Shown: positions 54,092 through 64,000 of the stretch, one piece after another
How the letters are laid out: the number at the start of each line of letters is the position of its first letter
Numbering within the stretch: the first letter of the stretch is position 1
Assembly: GCA_951406725.2 (NCBI GenBank)
Contig: OX597824.1
Span: 80,042,001-80,106,000, forward strand
DNA from: Octopus vulgaris
Lineage: Eukaryota
Length of the DNA stretch: 64,000 nucleotides
Direction of reading: 5' to 3'
Program-made: the position numbers and the translations under genes
Notes under the pieces: generated by a model
What the model was told of the DNA's origin: nothing
Database searches by the model: none
Seen by the model: the letters and a program-made list of their open reading frames with translations, nothing else

Positions 54092-54685
54092 TAATTTAAT
54101 CCATTCTTGTTGCTGTTTTCCTATTTGTAATCACCCCACTTGTCGTATGGTTAACACCATATAGATTTCCGGTGCATCCTAGTTAAGGACCATATTCATG
54201 TGAATTCATTAGACTTCACTTAAATCTCAATTACTTAAACCGAATATATAGTAAAATCGATACAAATTGTACAATGAATTTGACTTCGGAAGTGAGGGTT
54301 CATACGTTTCGGACAGGGTCTTTCTTTAAGGAAAAAATTGAAGGGTGAGGAATTAATGAGACAGCAAACTTTTATTCTCTAATTTAAAAAGACAATTACA
54401 AAAAAAAGGATTCTGCTGACTGTCATTAATTTCTCCCTTTTCAATTATTCCATAAATGAGAACTGCGTTTTTCATTCCTCATGGTAAGCTCAACGTAATC
54501 CTTTTATTGATTTTACTAAATAAGGCAAGTCTTGTCGGCGCTGAGTAACACCAGCCTCTTCAGAATCCGTTTGATCATATATACATACATATACATACAT
54601 GCATACACATATACTATGTTTATTTACATGTGCATATATATATATATATATCGTCCGTAAACATAAATCCGAAAAGGCACACGCT

Positions 54686-54783
<98 letters not shown>

Positions 54784-54895
54784 TGTATATTTTATATATT
54801 CATGCATACACTCATATACAAACAATCATTTCTCTTTCAATCTACTTATTTACTAATAACTTTCTATCTATTTTCCAGTCTACGAATTTTTGTTT

Positions 54896-54949
<54 letters not shown>

Positions 54950-55010
54950 TTACATACATACATTCATATATACCTAAATACATATAGATGCAAATATTTG
55001 CATATATTTG

Positions 55011-55059
<49 letters not shown>

Positions 55060-55215
55060 CGCTTATATACGCATTTATATGTAAGTATACACACACACAC
55101 ACACACATACATACACAATTCTTTAACAAGCATTGATGTTTACTTCGATGTTTCGGCCAGCTAAGCCTTTATCGGACTTATAACAACAACCATTAGTATA
55201 TATGTATATATGTAA

Positions 55216-55286
<71 letters not shown>

Positions 55287-55311
55287 TGCGCACACACATT
55301 GATACACACAG

Positions 55312-55379
<68 letters not shown>

Positions 55380-55514
55380 GTATGTATGCATGCATGTATA
55401 TATGTATGTATATGCCTGTGAGAAATACATACCCAGATATAAACGTATCACAAATGAGGCCTTTTGTTTATATTTATATATATATACATATATATGGCTG
55501 TGTATATATATAGT

Positions 55515-55588
<74 letters not shown>

Positions 55589-55624
55589 TATGTATAAATA
55601 TATATATATATACATGTATGTATG

Positions 55625-55658
<34 letters not shown>

Positions 55659-56118
55659 TGTATGTATATGTGTGAGTTTGTATATGCGTCTCTGCTTCTG
55701 TCAATGTGTTTGTGTATAAATATATATATGTATATATATATAAAAAGAAGTATGAACGCATCAGCTCATAACAGAGATTTGTAACTGCAAACACTTGCCG
55801 AAGAATCCCATTACATATGATGTTTAACAGAAGGTATTGGGTTTCTATCAAGATAAATCTGACTGCTTAATCAAAACGAATGATTGAGAATCAGCAAGGA
55901 AATTGACCGCTTTCTTCATGCTTGGTCAGTGTTCTGAAAAATTGCAACACTTTATGCATCCATAATTGTCCGTCGTTATTTATTTCATTTTAACCAAACC
56001 TGTTAATAAGAACGATAAAAACAAAGACAAAGCATCAAAACAAAACAAAACAAAACAAAAAAATAACAGAAATGAGAAATGTAGTAATATCATAATGGTG
56101 ACGATGATCACCATGATT

Positions 56119-56240
<122 letters not shown>

Positions 56241-56796
56241 TGCCCTGATGCAGTACCAGGCAGTGGCTCTTATGGCTTCTGATCTTAACTGATTGGAAGC
56301 GTTATCATGTACATTGTTTTGTCTTGGTATAAAAGATGGTCTACAGCAAATATTCTGCTCAATACCACAGATTTGCTTGTCAGTTGTTTGACCTTAACCA
56401 GTTGAACATGTCCCTTAGTGGCTGATGATATGTGCATCTCTGATCACGAGCAGAAGTAGTGGGGGAGCATCATAGCCATGTGTTGAGAAGGATTCTTTGG
56501 GGTTTGAATAATTCACCTCTGGAAACATGGGTGTTTCGTTCAACATCCTTAAACAAGCCTTATTCAGGGACCTTTTGAGCGGGATGGGTTACTCGATCTG
56601 AAGAAAATTCTCACTGGGCTCCACCTGCAAGGTCATGTGCTGTTTATCTTGATATGAGAGCACCATGTCGCGCACATATGGTTGTGATGCATGTGCCTGG
56701 TGTACCCTTATCAGACGGGTAGTCATGATGGGTATACTGGGCTTCGTATATTTTACCCCAGTGTCACTTTGATGACATGCTCTGCTCTCTCACTCA
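56241..56796 (+). mobile_element. (TAA)n-inserted non-coding element, copy 3 (full length)
   Basis: tgccctgatgcagtaccagg...ctctctcactca followed by (ATA)n and preceded by (TAA)n. Confidence 0.88.
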
Positions 56797-56868
56797 ATAA
56801 TAATAATAAGAAGAAGCATAGTACGAAGAAGAACGTTTTTATAGTTTAGGCATAAGACTAGCAATTCT

Positions 56869-57093
56869 TATTTCTTTATTGCCCACAAGGGTCTAAACAT
56901 AGAGGGGACAAAGAAGAGCAGACAAAGGGATTAATTCGATCACATCGACCCCAGTGCGTAACTTAATTTATCGACTCCGAAAGGATGAAAGGCAAAGTCG
57001 ACATCAGCTGAATTTGAACTCAGAACGTAAAGACAGATGAAATACCGCTAAGCATTTCGCCCGGCGAGCTTACGATTCTGCCAGCTCGCCGCC
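56869..57093 (-). mobile_element. SINE family B monomer
   Basis: Match to family B. Flanked by a ~50-bp diverged direct repeat (56818-56868 and 57115-57166). Confidence 0.88.
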
Positions 57094-57657
57094 TTGACAA
57101 TGATAACAATAATAATAGTACGAAGAATAACGTTTTTTTAAATTTAGGCATGAGACCAGCAATTCTGAGAGGCATAGTAAGTCAAACCCCTCGACCCCAG
57201 TACTTCAATGGTACGTTATTTTACCGACCCCCAAATAATGCCCTCACCTTGGAATGCTATCTAAGCCCTTGAAAAATGGAATCTGTGACTGCATAGCAAT
57301 TGACTCTTTTCGCTTGTGACCTATTACCACAGCACAGTTATTTATAAATAAAAGAGACAGAAGGAAAATTTAAGAGACGTTCCGCATTTTATTCAATGAA
57401 ACAGTACATTCCTCATGCCTGGCAACCAATGAGGTTGCAGTGTTCAAATCCAGTCACACTGCAGAATAGGGACCTTAAAGATAAGCTACGTTTGCATTAA
57501 AAGAAAAAAAAAAACCAAAAGAAAAAAAATAAACACATGAACAAAAAACTTAACAAAAAAGTATCATCTCCGGACAATCATAGTGTGTTCGTAATTGTTT
57601 CTGCTATTGTTGTATCTATCACAGTTGCAATATGAATAACAACGGAAACAAACATCA

Positions 57658-57658
57658 A

Positions 57659-57756
<98 letters not shown>

Positions 57757-57814
57757 ACTACTACTACCACCACCACCACCACCACCACCACTACCACCAC
57801 CACTACTACTACTG

Positions 57815-57894
<80 letters not shown>

Positions 57895-57930
57895 TCTACT
57901 ACTACTACCACCACCACCACCACCACCACA

Positions 57931-57984
<54 letters not shown>

Positions 57985-58442
57985 GACAATTGTAGAAATG
58001 TTTTGGGGATTTTGGCATTGTGATTCTAGGTTTTGCCACAGTAATAACAACAAAACAATAAACAACACATATGGTAATTAAAAAAAAGACAAACAAAACA
58101 ATAGCACTATCACTGTCACCACCACCACCACCATCCCCCACCACAACCACAACCACCACTTATACCACCAGCACTACCACCACCACTAACGCCACTACCA
58201 CCGCAACCGCCACCACCACTAACACACCCACACCATCCCCACCCCCACCACCACTACCACCACCACCACTACCACCACCACCACCACTACCACCACCACC
58301 ACCACCTCCACCACAACCACCACCATCACCATCACCACAACCACCACCACCACCACCGCTACCACCACCACCACCACCACCACCACTTACACCACCGCTA
58401 CCACCACAACAACAACCAAAGCAGCAAGAGCGACAGCAACAA
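57658..58442. repeat. (CTA)n/(CTG)n/(CCA)n microsatellite complex
   Basis: Directly visible; source of the poly-L, poly-P and poly-S ORFs. Confidence 0.95.
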
Positions 58443-58972
58443 TAGCTGCAACATTAGGAGCGGAAATAAAGAGTTATAGGCGAGGAGATGTGACTTCATG
58501 ATGCTCAGTCGTTTCTGGAAGTTTATTGGTGTCTTTCCGGTTCCTCTCGAGGTCATTAGTGGCGAAAATGAAAATTAAATGCCTTTAATCTGAAACTGAA
58601 ACCGAGAAGGAGGCTCGGCACGCTATGGAGATGTACACACACACACACACGCGCGCGCACACACACACATACTTAAACACACATACACACAAACACACAC
58701 ACGCATACACTCACACAGAATCACCCCACTCCATGCACATAGGAATGCAGATACAGGCCTATATGTATGTAGGCATCTTTATATACATGTATATACATGT
58801 ATATGCATGTATATGTATGTCTGTATATATATATATACATACATACATATATATATATATATATGTATGTATATATATATACACACACACACACACATAT
58901 ATATATATACATATATATATATACATACATATATACACACACACACACACATATATATATAAATACACATAT

Positions 58973-59009
<37 letters not shown>

Positions 59010-59378
59010 CATATATTCGCACAGAGATACATGGGTAAATAGATAGATTGAGAGATAGATGGACAGATAGACATATGTATAAATATCATATAAATTTAAG
59101 TTTTACATATATATATATATATATTACAATTAATTGTAATATAATATTTAAATCTTCGGATTGTTTTTGAATATACTAGACGACTGGTTTAAATTGATGT
59201 TAATTGATTGATATCAATTCTACCCTCAGTACCCTCAGTATTTTAATTTATATATATATATGGGGATAATTCACAAAAAAAAAAAATACAAAAGACGAAG
59301 ACAGGTGGTGTACACAACGAACAGATGTATTAGTTTAACGCTCTGGAAATGAAAAAGTCTTTAACGTTTATATATATA

Positions 59379-59774
59379 CTAGCAGTATCGCCCGGCGTTG
59401 CTCGGGTTTGTAAGGGAAATAACTATATAAGCATTTATAGAGATGTAAAGTATAATAGCCATCTCAATATGGTTAACCACAAAGGGGGGGGTGTTACTGT
59501 AGCTTTTTACGTTCTGAGATTTAATAATAAACTTTTAGAGAGTTACTTCCCTTATGTATGCCAAAAATGGATTAAAATGGAAAAAATTGATGGTAATTTT
59601 TTTTTTAAATCGTAGACTCATCGTCGATGCGCGCTAATACCCAGAAGGGCTCGATATAAATCACGACTATAAGATACCCGGTTTTGGTTAAACTGCACCG
59701 CAAAATGTAGGAGTAATTAGGAATCTAAATCGTAGGAGACAGACAGCACACAACCTTACTTTTATATATAAAGA
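59379..59774 (-). mobile_element. Non-autonomous Helitron, variant with a different internal segment
   Basis: Same termini as 48399-48798; ~59440-59530 differs. Confidence 0.87.
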
Positions 59775-60141
59775 TAAATTCATGGGTAAATATATATAAA
59801 AATGTGTATAGACCCCCACCGCCACCCCTCACCCTCACACAGACGTATATACAAGCATAAATACACGTACAATTGTGTGTACCCATATTTGCGTCTTCGT
59901 ATGTGTGTATTCGTATACACAGGATTGTGAAGGTAGACATGGTACGCAAAAATACTCTCTCTCTCTCTCAATCTCTCTCTCTCACACACACATGCACGCA
60001 CACACACACATACTCACAAACATGCTCCCATACAAATACGCATGCACACGCATACATGCTTACGTAGTGAAGCATGCCAAAAACAGATACCGGAAGAGGA
60101 TCAAGAGAGAGAAAGAAAGAGAGGGAGCGAGAGTAAACGAG

Positions 60142-60186
<45 letters not shown>

Positions 60187-60349
60187 GTGCGTGTGGTTTG
60201 TGTGTGTGTGTGTGTGTGTCTGAGGGAGAGAAAAGCCGACGGGATTGCTGAGGAAAAGCAAAGGTTGGATGAGAAAGGGAGAGTGAGAACGCTAGAGCTT
60301 GAGGAAGGCAAAGAGAAAAAGAAAGACGTATGAGAGAACGAAAGAGAGA

Positions 60350-60509
60350 GGCTGTGTGGTAAGTAGCTTGCTTACCAACCACATGGTTCTGGGTTCAGTC
60401 CCACTGCGTGGCACTTTGGGTAAGTGTCTTCCACTATAGCCTCGGGCCGACCAAAGCCTTGTGAGTGGATTTGGTAGACGGAAACTGAAAGAAGCCCGTC
60501 GTATATATG

Positions 60510-60541
<32 letters not shown>

Positions 60542-60680
60542 CCGGAGTAAACACATAAATGTGAAACAAGGTAGAAGAAAGAGTACTCAAATACCAGTGG
60601 TAGAGTATTATGCTTTATTTAAAGCAGCAGAAAATTCAACAAAATTCAACAAAATTGAATTTTCTGCTGTTTTAAATAAA

Positions 60681-60739
<59 letters not shown>

Positions 60740-60936
60740 TAAAAGGAATTCCGACCTTGTCTGATTTTCACGTTTTATTTACAGTCTTATAATGATATAA
60801 GATAATATAATAAAATAAAATAAAATAGTAGAATGTTAAATGTTCATTCTGATTGAACTAGTACTTTCATGCATTAAATTCTGCAATCTTCAGGTTCATG
60901 TAGTAGTGGTGAGAGTCATGCTTCACAATTTTTGAC

Positions 60937-61012
<76 letters not shown>

Positions 61013-61062
61013 TGTCTGTGTTTGTCCCCCCAACATCGCTTGACAACAGATGGTGGTGTGTA
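60350..61062 (+). mobile_element. SINE family A split by Penelope-like fragments inserted in its internal (TA)n
   Basis: Head at 60350-60502; body resumes at ~61008 (tgtgtctgtgtttgtcccccc...gcttgacaac). Inserts at 60541-60681 and 60735-60935. Confidence 0.82.
60854..60898 (-). ncRNA. Type I hammerhead fold, second copy of the 21401 family
   Basis: Minus strand reads TGAAC-CTGAAGA-TTGCA gaatttaa TGCAT-GAAA-GTAC-TA|GTTCA. Core and stems are conserved while the loop and flanks differ from 21401. Confidence 0.75.
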
Positions 61063-61409
61063 AAAGAGTAAGGGAAAAGATGACAAGCGTTATAGTGAGG
61101 AGAAAGAAAATGTAGTGAGAAGCGGGAAAAATAGTGACGTGTTGTGGAAAAAGAAAGAGTGAGAAAGATGGCAAAATGTGTGAGAAAAAGAGAAAGAGAA
61201 GGAATGAAAGAGTGAGTGAGTGAGAGAGAGATAAGGGAATAGATAAATATACAGATATAGAGAGAGAGACAGAGAGAGAAACATGGATAAAGAGAGCGGG
61301 AGAAAGAGAAATAGAGAGAAGGAGATAGATAGATACAGAGAAAGAGATAAAGAGAGATACAAACGTGGAGAAAGAAAAAGAGAAATGTGTGAGAGAATGG
61401 TGCATGTGA

Positions 61410-62100
61410 ACGGCAGATAGATAGATAGATAGAGAGAGACGGGGAGAGGGAGAGGGAGAGAGAGAAGGAGATAGATAGATGGAGAAAGAGAGAGAGAAGG
61501 GGAGAGGGAGAGGGAGAGAGAGAAGGAGATAGATAGATGGAGAAAGAGAGAGAGAAGGGGAGAGGGAGAGGCAGAGAGAGAAGGAGATAGATAGATGGAG
61601 AAAGAGAGAGAGAGACGGGGAGAGGGAGAGGGAGAGAGAGAAGGAGATAGATAGATGGAGAAAGAGAGAGAGAAGGGGAGAGGGAGAGAGAGAGAGGAGA
61701 TAGATAGATGGAGAAAGAGAGAGAGAGAGAGATGGGGAGAGGGAGAGGGAGAGAGAGAAGGAGATAGATAGATGGAGAAAGAGAGAGAGAGACGGGGAGA
61801 GGGAGAGGGAGAGAGAGAAGGAGATAGATAGATGGAGAAAGAGAGAGAAAGAGAGAGAAAGAGAGAGTGAGGGAGAGAGAGAAGGAGATAGATAGATGGA
61901 GAAAGAGAGAGAGAGAAAGAGAGAGAGAGAAAGAGAGAGGGAGGGAGAGATAGAAAGAGAGAGAGGGAGAGGGAGGGAGAGAGAGATGAGAGAGAGATAA
62001 AGAGAGAGAAGGAGATAGATAGATAGATAGAGAGAAACAGAGAGAGGAGATAGATAGACAGATAGATAGAGAGAGATAATGCGAGAGAGAGAGAGAGAGA
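61410..62100. repeat. Purine-rich minisatellite (~55-62-bp unit gggagagggagagagagaaggagatagatagatggagaaagagagag, about nine copies)
   Basis: Directly visible. It explains the 426-aa and 347-aa S/L-rich ORFs. Confidence 0.92.
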
Positions 62101-62371
62101 GTAACGTGGAGAAAGAAAGAGAGATGGGTACAAAAGAGAAAGAGAATAGTGAGAGTAGGTGAGACGTAATTATAAAAGAGAAGTACTGAAATGGAAAAGA
62201 CACCTAACGACAGCTTTTAAGATGGACGGACACAAAACGTTTGATTGGGCGTGTAAACGTCTTCATATGACTTCAGCTTGTGGAAGAGAAAAGAATTAGA
62301 TGACGCAGATAGGTACATGGACAGACAGACAGATAGATAGACAGATAGATAGAACGAAACTCTGATACGTT

Positions 62372-62413
<42 letters not shown>

Positions 62414-62693
62414 CATGCATGTATATTTATGTGTATGTGTGTGTGTATGTGTATATAAATACACACACGCATATATATACAAATATATATATATACATAC
62501 ATATATACTTATATATGTGCATATATATACATGCATATATATGTGCATATATATATGCATAATATATATATATATATATATATATACACATTGCCAGTTA
62601 GAGAGCGTAAGGAACTGAGTACTTGAGAACGAGGCAGAACCAGAACTAAATGGGGATTGTTAGAAATAGTGTGAGAAATAGAAAAAGTAAAGC

Positions 62694-62746
<53 letters not shown>

Positions 62747-63070
62747 AAGTATATGTGAGAGAAAGTATGTGTGAAACCTAGAGGAAGAGGGTATAAGAAG
62801 TAGAGAGGGCAAAGAAAAAAGAAAGAGAGCTAGATTTAAGAGTCAGATACGAGAAGTATGTGCCGTGTGGTAGAACGTATTGCTATCACCAATGCCTTCA
62901 GGCGTCCATTTTAATTGGACAAGCAAGTGAAAGTAAAGGACACTTACTGGTTTCCAACTTCCGGTTCGGAAGGATTTTGGCCTGTGGAAGCGAAAGGACT
63001 ATGTCTGCTCGTGTACATGTATGTATTCATTCATTCATATATATATATACTTATATACATATATATATAG

Positions 63071-63119
<49 letters not shown>

Positions 63120-63406
63120 TTTATACGCGCCCACCCACACATACATGCTTATCTATCAATCTATCTCTCCATAAGTGAAGCCAGTGGGAGTGACAAAAGG
63201 AGCGTTACTCAGAAAGGGTTTAAGAGAAAGGTAGACACAAAGAGGTCAGGAATTCAGGATGTGTGCGTATGTATGTATGTATGTATGTATGTATGTATGT
63301 ATGTATGTATGTATGTATGTATGTATATATGTATGTATTTATGTATGTTTGTATGAATATATTTATGTATGCATATGCATACATACGTTAAAGGATGCCC
63401 GTAATA

Positions 63407-63445
<39 letters not shown>

Positions 63446-64000
63446 CGGGTGTCATTTAACTTTCCGTGTACCAAAGGCTGTTGTAGAGAACACCCTCACA
63501 AGGTGCCACTCAGTGAGAATGAACCCGGAACCGTGTCATTGGAAGCACACATTTTACCACATAAGCACATTCACATATCTCTAAAATACGAGAACGAAAA
63601 AGAGTGTGTGGAAGAGGTTATGCGAATAGATAGACGCATACATGGATAGATAATACACTCACAGAGACACGCACGCACACACACGTGCCCCCACATATAT
63701 ATGTACGGAAGCACCTCTCTCTCTCTTTATCTATCGATTTATCTATCTATCTATCCGCTTGTCTGTCTGTCTGTCTGTCTGTCTATACATCGACGCGACG
63801 CGAGCGTATATACGTGATTGTAGTTTTTCGTATTGAAACTATAACTGGAAGTTTGTCTCGCAATTCGAGTTTCACGCCACTGCAATCTTCAGGTGTGAAT
63901 CTTGAATCGCATGACACACTCTCAGTTTAAGATTCAATTAAAAAAAACATCCTCTGCAACATGTACTTTTTTCGTTCACCGACGTATTCATGTATTAGAA

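Noticed and set aside
58071-58445. Proline-rich formin/extensin-like ORF
   Set aside because: (CCA)n microsatellite with no splice signals or domain context.
60923-62203. Longest ORFs in the track (426 and 347 aa)
   Set aside because: Translations of a CT/GA minisatellite that lacks stop codons.

Overview
Repeat-saturated, AT-rich eukaryotic DNA; the SINE families, (TA)/(CA)/(TAA) microsatellite load and Dong/R4, RTE, Tx1 and Penelope remnants suggest an Octopus genome (inference from repeat content only). No intact gene is visible, and almost all ORFs in the supplied track are microsatellite artefacts. Supported features: decayed Gypsy LTR elements, a Tx1/L1-type LINE, RTE LINEs (one interrupted by a CR1 3' end), R4/Dong RT and restriction-like-endonuclease fragments tied to (TAA)n, three tRNA-derived SINE families, non-autonomous Helitrons and a foldback element. 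Most interesting signals: (1) a dispersed set of type I hammerhead ribozyme folds in Penelope-like termini sitting in microsatellites, including one with a canonical core and a long stem II (54008-54091) and U3:A8 covariant cores; (2) head-to-tail SINE multimers (x2, x5, x6), each bounded by a single target-site duplication and with a recurrent junction; (3) a ~560-bp non-coding element always inserted in (TAA)n in the same polarity as the Dong/R4 fragments; (4) a candidate first coding exon (signal-peptide-like, GTAAGT donor) inside a ~5 kb island with no recognisable TE. All coordinates were read by eye and may be off by a few bases.
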